In this document: in pieces, positions 35,643 to 48,049 of the stretch
Position numbering within the stretch: the first letter of the stretch is position 1
Layout of the letters: the number at the start of each line of letters is the position of its first letter
Origin: Tricharina praecox
Lineage: Eukaryota
NCBI RefSeq assembly: GCF_024521635.1
Contig: NW_026250403.1
Span: 558,001 to 622,000, forward strand
Direction of reading: 5' to 3'
DNA length: 64,000 nt
Notes under the pieces: generated by a model
Databases searched by the model: none
What the model saw: only the letters and a program-made list of their open reading frames with translations
Told to the model about the DNA's origin: nothing
Position numbers and translations under genes: made by a program

Positions 35643-37724
35643 TAGGTGAGTAGAGTAGTCGGTCGGTCTCTTGTTCAACACATCAGACATTATCCACCGT
35701 CGCAGACATTGTTATCAACATCGCAGAGATACGATACTTTGAGGTTGTTCGGTCTGGAGTTTACAGGCTGCTCTTCTTTCTTGTTGCTTTTGGCCAATTG
35801 TATAGGTCTCATCAGTTGCCCGTACATTCATACCCGTCGAGGGTCTCTCAATACCAAGATCTTCCTATCGCCAGTCCGCGATGGGTCCAAGCGGTCCGTC
35901 CCTCAGGCTTCCAGGCTTCCAGACTCTTCTCTGGCCTCTGGGCGGAGGCAGACGCGGAGGCAGGCAGGCACGGAGGGTTGAAGTCCGAGTCCGACAGCAT
36001 AACCTATACACCGCCTATACATAGTGGCGTACACCTACATACCGGTAGTAGAGGACCGTTTCCCGCAGGCAAAGGCAAACCCAAAGCCGGGCCAATGACT
36101 GCCAGCTGTTTACGCGATGGATCATCGTAATGCGGTGGACTGTGGATGCGGGGATCGCGAGATGGCGGGGCAGTTGGCTGGAGCCTGGCATGTTGGTATG
36201 TACCTTCGTGCTCTACACATACATAGGTGCGAGGGGGAGGAGGTGGGGGAGGGAGGATGTGGGTGGCACAGGGGACCGTTGCAGGGGGCCACTGCTTGCG
36301 TTTTTGAGCGATTTCCTCGCGATGTCGACACTCGACAGTCGGGCTGGGGAATGGACGGACGGGGCTCGCAGCTGCCCGTAGTTACTGCGCACGTTCCTGC
36401 AGAGGACGAGACGGAGGGGCGGTGGTGATGGTTGTGCTGGTGGTGGTGTTGGATGGTAATCACTATTCGATTTCGTTTGATAGAGTGGCCATGGTAGGCA
36501 TCATAGACAGCCCGACAGAGATATACTAGTTGTAGATTGTTGTATCTACACAGATGGAGGTGGATTGACCGATTGCGGGGTCAATCTGAACACTCATCTA
36601 TGTGTGAGTTCCATGAATTGATTGACGACCCCGCAGCTCAACGCACGGAAAGCTTTTTCGCTCTTGCACTCTTCCACGGCTGTCTCTGATGGTAATTATG
36701 CTGCGGACCTTACCTGCAAAGCCAGAGAAACGTCCCTCTCTCGAGACACCAACCAGCCAACCAACGGCCGCGGCGGTGATGTTACTCTACATGCCATAGC
36801 GACGATCGTAACACGGAAGAAGAAAGAAAGAAAGAAAGAAAGAACGCGGCGAGGCGAGGCGAGGAACGTCATCCCCCTACAAGGCAAGGTCAAGTCTCGG
36901 ATCGAACGAGGGATGGGCCAAAAGCAAGCAACAACAAGCAAGCAGGCATCGAATCGCCGTCGACAGAAATGGGGCTTCCACAGAGATTGCCTTCCTTCCT
37001 TTCCCCACCCCGCCGTCGTGACTTACTGCGTGCTAAATTCAGCATTTTTTTCTTTGCCGCTGTGAAAGTGTGAATGCTGTGAATGTTGCGCCCCGATGGC
37101 TGGCCACCGGCCGGCGTTCCCATGACTTGCTTGCTTGCTTGGAGTGGTCGTTACGTGCTTGCTTGCTTGCTGCTTGGCCGGCATCGTATGGTATCGTCAT
37201 AACTAACAGCTCCCCCCGTGCTTCTGCTGTGTGCAGAACTCCTGCTTCCACCAGCTGGCAAGTGTCGCCGTGGTAGTTACATAGGAATGCAAGTGGAAGG
37301 GCGGAGTAGGTAAGGTCGAGTTCCTAGATTGTGCTGTACCTGTTAGTGGATTTTGCGTGGTGGTTACAGGAGGAAGCATATACTCTACTCCAAGTAAGGA
37401 AGCAGTTGCTACATGTGGGCGGGAGGGGGGAGGGGGACGTCGTATCTACATGTGTACATAGTATTACCGGTATCCTCCATGTGAGGTACGCTGGCTGTGG
37501 CCTGTGCGTGCTTTATATCTCCTGCCCCCCTCGCCCCCCCCCCCCCCCCCCCCCCGCCATTTTTTACAAACCTCCCCCCGAGCTCGAGCTTATTGGTGCT
37601 TCTGCCTTTGTGTCATCGAAACACCATCCGACAGTCTCCCATTCTACATATCCATCTCTCTCCTCCCCCGCATCTCATCCACTCCCCGCATTTGCTGTTT
37701 CCGTCCATAATACATTGCGGCACT

Positions 37725-40700
37725 ATGGCATCACAAGCTCCGCCGTCGATTCCACCCCGTCCCGCACGGGTTTCCGTGCCTGCTGCTGGCTCGTCGACGA
37801 ATACACCCGCCATCCCGCCTCGCCCCGTACGTCCGGCGGCAGCGGCAGCCACAGCCGCCGCAGCTGGCTTGCCGACAGAAGCTTCCGAGAATGGCCTTCC
37901 GTCGCCGTCGCCGTCGCCTGGTCCGACGGAACCGGAGCCTAAAACGATAGGCTCCTCTACCGAGCTCTACGCTCCCGTCGCCGTCCAGCACCGTCCCGCA
38001 CCGGTCCCCAAGACCGACAGTGAACGCAATGCTGCTACAATCACCGCCTCCGCCACGCCCATCTCTTCCTCAAAAACCCCCTCCGAGCTCGAGGGAATCC
38101 CTCAGATCGGTCGTAGGGTCCCCATGTACCCCAACGCCGGAGACGTCCAGGCTCCCACCCCTAGCGCTACGCCGAGCGGTGGAAAGAAGAAGCATGTCTA
38201 TCGCGAGGAATGGGAGATGGATGAGGGTGCCTACGGTTCTAAGAGGAGAGAAACGCCGTACAGTATGCTGTTCCCGACCCCCTCTGCCCTTTCCACCCCT
38301 TTTCCTTTCCATTCCTTTCCGTTCCGTTCATTTCCTCTCCTTTCCTTCTCTTCGGTTTTCTTTCCTTTCTTTTTTTTTACCCCCACCTTGAGGGGCTCCG
38401 GAGACTCATGAATATCTAGGCATGAGCTCTGTGGATCTCAATGCGACAGTGGCTCACTCCTCATCCCCGGGTGTTGGTGTGGTCGAATCGGAGCATGGAG
38501 TGCCCGACGAGGAGCTTGCCTATCTCGCCAGTGACCACTACGCCAAAGTTCTTTCCCGGTCGCAGTCCCGAGTGCAGTCCCGATCGCAGTCCCCGGTTCA
38601 CACGCGGGATTCGGCACGGGTTCCATCGGCGGACGTCATGGACCATGGGCACACAACCGATGACGAAGGCAACGTCATCCATGTCGAGGATCCCGCCCAT
38701 GGCCCTGGCTACCTCCGTCGCGGCAACTCCGAGGCGGTTTCCCGCGCCCAGTCCCACCACGAAGATGAGGACGAGGAACGCGACCACTACTCGATCCTGG
38801 CTGAGGATGAAGTCCTCAAGAGACAGGATGGCCAGTACATGCAGGCCGCTGTCTACACCCCTAGCTACACCCCCAGACACCCCCGGAGTAGGCCTGCCAG
38901 TTCGATGGGTCATGGCGACGTCGAAGGTGCTACTCTCGAGCTCAACACCAGGTATAGGAGTGGCCTCGAGTCGAGGGATTCCATGCGTACGCCTTACGAG
39001 GAGCTCTCCCCCGCCGACGAGAATGCTAAGCCGCTCTTCCCCGATTCGGATGAAGAGGCGGAGGAGGCCCTCAAGAGCCAGCTCGTCGAGAAGTTGAAGC
39101 GTCCCGGTATGAGCGAACAGCGTTTCCCTTCCCGCGACGTCTGGGAGGAGGCGCCGGAACACGCACAGCTCGAGGCTACCGTTCAGAGCCCTCCTCCGGG
39201 AGATGCGGAGCCGGTTGAGGACTTCGATCAAGAGGAGATGGCCCGCAGAAAGAGCTCAGAACCGAAACAGCAGTACGTCCGTGGTCAGCCCCACGAGCAC
39301 TACGAGCCTGGAGACGAGCAGGAGTATGAACGCAAGGAAAAGGAGGCCGCAAGGAAGGATACCGATTACCGTCTGGACCTGAAAGACCTGCCCGAGGATG
39401 AGAGGCTCCGCCGTCTGCACAAGCACGTCGGCCAAGAAGACACGGCGCCCGAGAACTCGAGCAACAGGAGACGTGTGGAGAGGAAAAAGTTCCCCAGCAA
39501 CGACATCTGGGAAGACGTCCCTCCATCGCTCGACCTCCAGGAGGAGATCGAGCCCAGCCCGATTCCGGACAAGGAGAGAGCCACCACGGGAAACATCAGT
39601 GCTGTGGTATCCGATCCATCAAACTCCGCCGCTCGTCCTACCACCAGCGCACCCATCGAAGGCTCCGCCACTTCCACCAAGCCCATCGTTCCCTCGAGAC
39701 CCTCGGTGCCTGCCCGTCCCCATCGCGAGAAGCGGCTCCCAGCCACAATCCACGAGCAGCCCGAGCCCCCCGCGACCCATTCCCCGACCGAAAAGAAGGC
39801 ACCGCCGGGTATCCCCGACAGGCCCAAGCCCAGCATCCCCGCCCGTCCCATCGGCAAGCTCACCGGCTTTGTCCGAGCCCAACCCGACGAAGCCCCCGAG
39901 CCAAAACCGAAGCCCCCGGTTCCTCCGCGCACCGGTGGGAAGATCGCTGCGCTGAAGGCCGGCCTGGGCGATCTGGAGTCGCGTCTTAAGCTCGGACCAG
40001 GCGCGCCGCCGAAGAAGGAGAAGAAGGAGGATGAGGAGCCCCCTAAGGAAGAGCCCCTCACCGATGTGAGGAAGTCGAGAGCTCGGGGACCGAGGGGAAG
40101 GAAGTTGCCCACCAAGGAGGAGAAGCCGGTTGTCGATGAGCCGGCGGCAAAGGGTTGTGAGTTTGTGGGTGTTTGGACCGTTTTCACGCTGGATCAGGAG
40201 TTGGACGCGGTGATTGTTAATCCCGTCTCGGAGGAGAAGGAGAAGGTGACGGAGAAGATGGAGGAGAAGGAGATAGAAGCTCCGGTCTCTGAAGCCGATG
40301 CTCCCGCTGTGGAAATGGACGACGATCATACACCTGCTACTGAATCCGAGCCTGTCGAGAAGGAGGACAAGAAGGAGGACAAGAATGAGGAGGAGAAGGT
40401 TGTTGCTCCTGCTGTTACAACCACTACTACCCTTCCCGGCGTCACCGGAACCGGAGAGCAAACCATCGCAGAAGTGGAGCATGCGTCTGGGTCGGCCAAA
40501 GAAGAAGAAGAAGCCGACAAGCCCACCGCTGCCTCGGAGGGAAACCCCACTCTGATCCCTACCGGCGAGCACTCCGAGGACGCGGCCGCGCAGAGCATGG
40601 CCGAGGTGGAACCCAAAGAGCCTACTCCTACCGAGCCTGAGCCCGTTCCCAAGAAGGATACGCAGCTCGATCCCGAGGCCGCTGCTGAAGAGGGTGTGGC

Positions 40701-40725
40701 CGAGAGGGTGGTTAAGGAGGGATAG
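37725..40725 (+). CDS. AIM21: Aim21-like actin capping-protein regulator; 2 exons
   Basis: Intron 38263-38419; PxxP-rich; motifs IPQIGRRVPMYPNAGDVQAP, ILAEDEV, repeated FPSxDxWE, GKIAALKAG, and CPI-like PLTDVRKSRARGPRGRKLP. Confidence 0.85.
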
Positions 40726-41256
40726 CCGGGTTTCTTGTCTTGAGCACTTGTGGGCTTTTACAATTACGGAGTTTAGTTTTCTGTTCTACCCACCTATTCG
40801 TTCTGTTGTGTTGAAGATGCAAGTTCTCTCTCTCTGTGAGCCCTGTCTCAGTGCTGGGTGGCTGATTTGTTGCACGCGTTGTTACCACTTTCGTTCGCTT
40901 TGTTTTCTGAACTGTACTGTCGTTCTCTGCTGTCGTGTGTGAAGCTTGCTTGCTGGCACTTGGGACTTGTGGGTGGATGTTGATGATGGCGATAGCTATG
41001 GTCACGGATAGCTACCTACCTACTTAGGTTCATACAGTTGAGACGATCGCCCATACTTACTGCGGCGGCTGTGTACGTGAAGTAAATGAATGGCATTCGT
41101 CTATGAGGATGGTTCTCTACATGCCAAGTCCAACCCGTATGAAGCTGATAACAGGGCACTTTGCTCCCATATCGAGCGACTGCTTCTGCACAGTGTATCC
41201 AAGTCCCCAATTCCTTCCCATAAAACGTGACCAATTCCCATCCCCTCTCACATCTC

Positions 41257-42561
41257 TCACATCTTAAACGACGGATTAGTAAACTCCCTGCCCATGCCGG
41301 CGACCTTCTCTGCCAGGCCCAGCTTCAACTGTTTTGCCGAGTCACCGCACAGCTCAAAAACCGTCGCGAGATTAAAGATCAGCCCCGAGAACACCGTTCC
41401 CTCGTCTAGCAAGCCCTCAAGCATTGCTCTCGCCTGTTGGCATTTCAATTCGCGTCAGTTCTCACTCGCCCTTCCTAGTGGGGGGTGGGGGGTAAAGGAC
41501 GCACATTATCCAGCCTAGCGAGATACAGCTCACAAACAGCAGCATTACAGACTGTAACCTCATCTTTCGGCAGCCTTTTCCACACCTCCGCGGCCGCCTC
41601 CCACTCACCATCCGCCATTCTCAGCAGCGCCTCAAGCACCTCATCGTCTCCGGCCAGCTCCCGCGCCTCCTCTAGCATTCCCACGCGCACCATCAACAGC
41701 GGCAGTATGCCTTCCCCCTTCCCCCTCAAGCCCTTCAGGTGCCGCACCGCAGCCGCCAGATCCCCCAGCGCGACGAGCGCATTCGCAACTCTGACGCCGA
41801 GGTCTTGTAGCCTCGCGCGCCACAGCCGGCGCTCTTCTACCGCCAGCGCTGCATCCGCCGCGCAAGAGCGGCACTCACCCGCCAGCTCGTAGTACGCGCC
41901 GATTGCGCGGCGGGGATCGGAGCGCTCGCCGAGTGCGACAGCGAGAACGCGCAGCTCCCACGGGAGAATGCTGCGTCCCGTGTCCGCGTCGAGATAGAAG
42001 GGCGCGGTGACGTCGCGGAAGGCGGAGAGCTCTTGTGCTGCGAGCGTGGATTGGTGGCACAGGCATAGGCTCAGGAGGCGCGTGTACCATAGTGTGAGGA
42101 TTTGCTGGTTGGATGGGGGCGGGGGGGACGAGGTGAGCGCTGCGGCGGAGGCGATGGCTGCTGCGCGGAAGTGTAGCGTTGAGAGGAGGGCGGTGGGGGT
42201 GGCGGTGGGGGGCGCCGGGAGGGACAGGAAGGGCGGGAGGAGGGAACTGGTCGGGAGGGGGTGGAAGTTCGTGGGTTGTAGCAGGAAGGAAAGGTCCTTG
42301 TCTTGGAGGGTGGGCGGGGGTGGGGTGGTGGCGGCGGGAGGTAAGGCGGGGTTGGAGGATGTGGGGGTGCTGGCGGAGGCCGATGGGAGGTCGTCGAAGT
42401 CTAGTGGGCCTTTGGTGCGGCGCCGGGGGACGAGCACTGCGTGAGTGAGTTAGCGGGGGACAAGGGTGATGCTCATGTCAAAGTACCAACAAACCCCGGC
42501 GCTCGTCTGTGGAAATTGTTCGCGAGTGGCCCTTTTGCGGGGCGGTGGGTGGTGTGGCCAT
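41257..42561 (-). CDS. TRAPPC12: TRAPP subunit 12-like TPR protein; 3 exons
   Basis: Introns 42437-42494 and 41434-41504; motifs KDLSFLL, WYTRL, ILPWELRVL, CNAAVCELY, LIFNLATVFELC, terminal FKM. Confidence 0.8.
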
Positions 42562-42776
42562 TGTGTGTGGGTGTGTGTGGGGAGCTGCGGTGATGCGGTG
42601 ATGCGGGCTTGGAAGAGCTGGGGTGCGAGCTGTGTAGGCGAAAGTGTTAGTGCATCCGGGTAATCGACGTATTAAGGTAAGCTTCGAGCTGTCTTCCACC
42701 ATCTACTCTGTTCCCACGAAGCTTCTTCCTCTTTCTTTCCCTGTTCCTGCAATTGAACACTACAACAGCCCAAATC

Positions 42777-43890
42777 ATGACATCCCGCGACACCACGCAC
42801 CGCCCGCACCGCTCTCGCCGCGGCGAAGCCGACGACAACCGCGAAGAACCCCGACGCCACCGCTCCGCCTCGCCCGGGACCTCACCGTCACGGCGACGAC
42901 ACCACCACCACCACCACCACGCCACGCACCGCAAGAAGCGCACGCGCTCCCCGGCCGTCGTGCTCCCACTCAACGCGGCGCCCATCTCAGCACGCAACTT
43001 CACGCTCCTCTCGAACATATTCGCGTCCTACCTGGAAGTGCAGAAGAACATCGAGCTGCACACACTCACCGACCGCGAGGCGAAGGGGAGGTTCAAGAGC
43101 TTCGTGTCACACTTGTAAGCTACCTCTACCACCGCCACGCTCACAACCGGGAGTCTGGGAGTCTGGGGGGCTAATGATCAGCAATCGCGGCGAACTAGCA
43201 CGGGGATGGTACGAGCGCGTTGTATCCGCGCAGCGTGACGGTCCCAGCGCTACTACCACTACAGCCACCGCCGCCAGCGCCAGCGCCTCCACCGAGCCCA
43301 CCACAAAACGTGTCCGCCACGCCTCCCCCGACTCCTCATCCTCCTCCGATGACGATTTCGGCCCCGCGCTGCCACAGGACGCGCAGACCGGCGGCGCGCG
43401 CAAACACGGCCCTGCCCCACCCAAGACGCAGGACCTATCTTTACAGCGCGAGCTAGAAACGGAAGATCAAGCGTACGCGCGGGCTGACGGCGCACATGCG
43501 CGACGACTCGATCGGCGGGCGCAGAAAGAGGCGTTAGACGAGCTTGTTCCCCGGGCGGAGCCGGGGACGCGGGAGCGGCAGCTCGAGAAGAAGCGGGAGG
43601 TCAATGAGAAGATGCGGGGGTTTCGCGATCCATCGCCTGGTGGCGAGGTCGACGAGAGCACCCTCCTCGGAGCGAGCACTGGCGGTGAGAGCTTTGCGCA
43701 GAAGAAGGCGGCGCTGGAGAGGAAGAAGAATGAGCGCGAGATTAGACGGGAGCAGTTGCTGAAGGCGAGGATTGCCGAGAGGGAGGAGCGCGTGCAGGGA
43801 ATGAAGGAGAAGGAGGAGAAGACTATGACTATGCTTAAGGCTTTGGCTGCGAGCAGGTTTGGGGGTTCTGGGTCTGGGACGTCTGAATAA
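42777..43890 (+). CDS. SCI1-like (style cell-cycle inhibitor 1 family) conserved nuclear protein; 2 exons
   Basis: Intron 43115-43181; Arg/His-rich N-terminus; motifs FASYLEVQK, EAKGRFKSFV..FNRGELARGWY, LDELVPRAEPGTRERQLEKK; charged coiled-coil C-terminus. Confidence 0.72.
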
Positions 43891-44159
43891 GCCGAGACTT
43901 GGAAATTTGTTATGCTGCTGGCTATTTGGCTTAATCGTGTCCCATTGAGCTTGATTTAATTGTAAAGTATGCAAATGATGATTCACGTACAACATTCAGT
44001 ACGAGTACGAAGCATGTGAATCAATTCGAAAGTAAAGCCCAGCTAAACTCCACCGCGCAATAAATAAAAAAAGGCCATCCATAAAGCAATAGAAAATGCG
44101 CAAAACAAGCCATTTCAATCATCAAAATCATCGTATTACGCGTCACGCCATCATCCACC

Positions 44160-45617
44160 TTATAACTCATCCTCCTCCTTCCTAGGCAAGTGAATTCCAA
44201 GCGACTCGACCTTATCGACAATCTTGCTCAGCGCCGTAGTGGTGATTTCAGGTTCCGCGGGAGTAGGAATCTCCTGGTCGAACAATCCCACTCCTTCGAT
44301 GATGTCGGGAACGCGCTTGGTGGGCCACAGAGACTCCTTGATCAGCTTCTTGTAGCCGTTGACGGCGTCGAAGAGGTCGGACTTGAGGACATATTCGTTG
44401 TCGCCATGCGCAGTGAGAATCCTAATACGCGTCGATGTTAGTCGTTAGGGAGCTCAGACGGAAGACAGAAGAACTCACGAGCCAGGTCCGTAGAGATACT
44501 TCTTGTGCTCTCCCTTGAGATTTGGCACGTCGGTTCCGTACGAACAGACGATATGCTCAAAGCCCTCGACGTCATGATCCAGCTCGACGGGACCATACCC
44601 AACATCCATAAACTTCAGCTCGACACCCTCGATGCCCCTGACCGTATCTTTAATCATCGCCACGGTCTCGTCAAAATCGCCTGCTACACGAACAGCGATA
44701 TCGGCACGCGCAGACGCAGGAATGACATTCGACGCCACACCACCCTCGATCCGGCCAATATTCAGCGTCGATTCGCCGAGTAGATCGCTTCCGGGCAACT
44801 GCAGTGAATCCAATCGTGCAAGTGCTTGGACGAGATGCGAGTTTGCGTTGATGCCGAGATGGGGGTATCCCGAATGCGACGCTTTACCCACGGACTCAAC
44901 CGAGAACAACAAGATCCCCTTGTGTCCGACCGCGAGCTTATTTTCCGTCGGCTCGCCGAAGATGACCGCTTGCCAAGAGACGCCGAGATGATTCGCGGTC
45001 TTCATTCCGTCGCCGGAGAATTCCTCGCCGACAACATACAGCAGCGATATGTCGCCCTCTGAGAGCACACCGTCGCGGATCAACTCCTCGACCGCGATGA
45101 TCTGCGACGCCACGGAGCCCTTCGCATCATTGCTGCCGCGCCCGTAGATGGTGCTGCTAGCGGCCTTGTACGGAATAAACGGCGGCACGGTGTCGATGTG
45201 GCTCGTGACGAGTGTGTGCGTCGTCCGGTTCTTGCCCAGGTATGCGAATACGTTCATGCGATCGCCCGCGTATCCGGACACCGCCTGTGTCTCGACCGTG
45301 AAGTTTTGCGTGGTCAGGTACTCGGCTAGCCATGCTGCTACGGCGCCCTCGGAGCCGGTGACGGATGGGATCTCGACGAGATGGCGGTGAAGAGACAGGA
45401 CGGGAGAGGCGGCGATGGGGTCCGCAAGGTTTTTGAGGAATTGAGGGAGTTCGAGACGATCGCGGAGTGAGGCGATCGACGGGATCTGTTCGCTGTAGGA
45501 GGATATTGCCGACTTGAGCTCGGAGACTTTGGGAGGAAGTTTGAAAGGAAGCTGGAGCCCATGCGAGGCTGCGGGATAGGTGAGCAGTATCGCGGCGGAG
45601 AGCGCGTAGAGTTTCAT
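44160..45617 (-). CDS. M20-family zinc peptidase (ArgE/DapE-like carboxypeptidase) with signal peptide; 2 exons
   Basis: ATG 45617 (MKLYALSAAILL...). Metal-ligand motifs SHIDTV, GRGSNDAKG, VGEE, GEPT, and GPGSILTAH formed across intron 44422-44478. Ends ...RKEEDEL*. Confidence 0.92.
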
Positions 45618-45955
45618 GGTGAAGTGGGTTGTTAAAAATCTCGCACTCTGGTTCAAAAGGCTGCTCGCTATACGGTAGACGGAGGAGCAAGTTGTGTGGT
45701 GGCAGTCGTTTGTTTGTTTACTTGGAAGGACGGATGTTGTGATGATAAAGAGTTTGAGTTCGCCCAAATCAAGCAACGAGAAGACATGACGACACACCCA
45801 CTATGTAAGCGATGCGGATCTCCCATCCCGCGTTGTTACACACGTCTATTAGGCCGTTCACCAATCAGCCATCACCGCTAACAATCCGACACGGCTAACA
45901 CCACCGGCACGTCTCCTGCACCTTTCCACTCACGTTCTCAGTCATCTAGCCCAAA

Positions 45956-46699
45956 ATGTCAGCAATGGATATCGACGACATCTTGCAAGAATTCGATGCT
46001 GGCGGCGCAGCTCGCGATGCATCGAAAGACATCCAAAACCTGACCACAGCCTGGGTCGCCGAGCGGACAGCGCCCGAGATAATGCCGTTCCAGGCGGCGC
46101 TCGTGGAGCGGCTTACGGAACGGATCCGGCAGCAGATCGAATTGGTCGAAACTGAAACCGGAAACCTTGATCCTACTTCGAACTTCAGACTCATCCTGAT
46201 ACAGACGGAGCTCGAGAGGGTCAAGTATCTTGTCCGCGCGTATTTGAGGATACGGATGCACAAGGTACCCCACTACCACGCAGGGGACGGTCAATTGCAA
46301 AATTATTGCCTGCTAACACCGCGGGGAACCGAGCAGATCGACAAATACTCCTTCCACATCCTCTCGAACGCCTCCGTCCGCTCCAGACTCGCGCCGTCGG
46401 AGATATCCTACCTCAAGTCCCACCTCGCATTACTAAACAACCACTACCTGTCCTCGTTCCTCCGAAACTTCCCCGAGCAGCTGCGGAGACTCGACGATAC
46501 CGCCGGAGGAATTTCGATGGTCGAGGAACCGGATATGGATAGTGCCGTGTTCTGCCGTGTCGTTCGGAACGTGCAAGATGCTGTTGTGCGCATTCCCGGT
46601 ACGGATACCGAATTTGAGCTCGCGAAGGATGATGTGTATGTGGTCAGGTATAGTGCAGTGAGGGAATTTGTGGTTTCCGGCGATGTTGAGTTGATCTGA
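45956..46699 (+). CDS. SLD5: GINS complex subunit Sld5; 2 exons
   Basis: Motifs WVAERTAPEI, QTELERVKYLVRAYLRIRMHK|IDKY (72-nt intron 46265-46336), EPDMDSAVFCRV, YVVRYSAV...GDVELI. Confidence 0.96.
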   Translation: MSAMDIDDILQEFDAGGAARDASKDIQNLTTAWVAERTAPEIMPFQAALVERLTERIRQQIELVETETGNLDPTSNFRLILIQTELERVKYLVRAYLRIRMHKVPHYHAGDGQLQNYCLLTPRGTEQIDKYSFHILSNASVRSRLAPSEISYLKSHLALLNNHYLSSFLRNFPEQLRRLDDTAGGISMVEEPDMDSAVFCRVVRNVQDAVVRIPGTDTEFELAKDDVYVVRYSAVREFVVSGDVELI

Positions 46700-46954
46700 C
46701 TATCTATGGGAATGGTGTTATCCGTGTATATTTTGTGGTGGGGCGTTTTGGTGTTTTGTTTGGCCCACAGCTTGCTTGCATTTCACGGTGAGTTTCGTCT
46801 GGCTAGAGATATATATATTCCACATATCAAAGCCATATTTGCAAGAGACATCAATTCTAAGTTACACCGCATCGTCTTCCTACAGACTTTGAACCAGCAA
46901 AGAGCAATCGACAAAAGCATGTGCTACCGCCATCTATGCTGCGCTTCCAGATTT

Positions 46955-48049
46955 TTAAAGTTCAGCTTCATCTTCCATCTTCCCCATAATGTCCCTCCAC
47001 TTCGCCGCAAACTCCCATATGGCCTCATCACCCTGCAATCCTGCCTGCACCACCTCCTGTGGCAGCTTACTCGCCGAATGCTGCGGCGATGCAAACGAAT
47101 ATGCCTCGGGATCATCCTTATTTACCAGCCTCAACTCAACCGGTCTGAGCTCATTCCCGTCCGTCACATCGCCATATGGCAACTGCAGCAGCTCCACCCA
47201 CGAAAACAAGATCGGGTCCGTCCGCGGCGCGAAGGGGTTGATATCGATGAGCCACGTTCTCCGTCTCTCCTCCTGATCGGTGAGGGGAATGTAGACGTCG
47301 AACACAAAACTGTCGTCGGGGAAGGTGTGCTTCAAGTTTTCATTGAAGAACTCCCGAATGCACGACAGCAGCTCGCGCTTCATCGGCTCCAGGAACTCAA
47401 AGTGGTTCAGCTCCCGCTGTGTCACGGCAAGCAGCCGTCGGCCGCGCACGAAGCATCGGAACTCCATACTCGGGTTTAGCTGGAACCATTTGCGTAGGAC
47501 GAGCGAGTACGGGATATCCGCGGTGGTTATTTGCTCCTTGGAGTTCGGGCCGTCGACACAGTCGTCGAATGCGTGCTCGAGGTCGTGAGTGATGTAGTCG
47601 CTCGATTTGAACAAGAGGTAGATTTCGCCGGGCATCCGACACTCCGCCGTGTTATTCGCCGTCATGAATGTGGCGTCTTTAGGCGAGGACCAGTTCAGCT
47701 TCGGAGATACACGCCCGCCCAGCTCCGCGATCGTGGCTTTGATTTTCTGGTGTAGCTCGGGGAACTTGAGAGTGGGGCAGCTCTCGCCATCCCCGGAAGA
47801 GTCCTCGTCTTCTGAATCGGAGTCGAGCGTTGTAATTTGCTCCTCGTCGGCGGGAAGGACGATTCCGTCGGCGCGGAGGTAGGCGAGAAACTCGGGCGTC
47901 AGCGGAATAATCCGTGTCTTTGGTGTCAGAGAGCGGTAAGTGGCGTGCCATTTGGGATATGAACAGTTCAGGATGTGTGACTTCTTGACGAGAGGAAAGA
48001 TATCGCGCAGGGTCGTTGCTGGGGCGAGTGTAGGAGATTCTGGGTCCAT
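46955..48049 (-). CDS. CDC123: Cdc123 (D123) ATP-grasp eIF2 assembly factor
   Basis: 364-aa ORF; motifs CSYPKW, FLAYLRADGIVLP, PKLNWSSPKDA, LLFKSSDYITHDL, EFRCFV, WLIDINPF, LFSW. Confidence 0.96.
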   Translation of the reverse strand: MDPESPTLAPATTLRDIFPLVKKSHILNCSYPKWHATYRSLTPKTRIIPLTPEFLAYLRADGIVLPADEEQITTLDSDSEDEDSSGDGESCPTLKFPELHQKIKATIAELGGRVSPKLNWSSPKDATFMTANNTAECRMPGEIYLLFKSSDYITHDLEHAFDDCVDGPNSKEQITTADIPYSLVLRKWFQLNPSMEFRCFVRGRRLLAVTQRELNHFEFLEPMKRELLSCIREFFNENLKHTFPDDSFVFDVYIPLTDQEERRRTWLIDINPFAPRTDPILFSWVELLQLPYGDVTDGNELRPVELRLVNKDDPEAYSFASPQHSASKLPQEVVQAGLQGDEAIWEFAAKWRDIMGKMEDEAEL

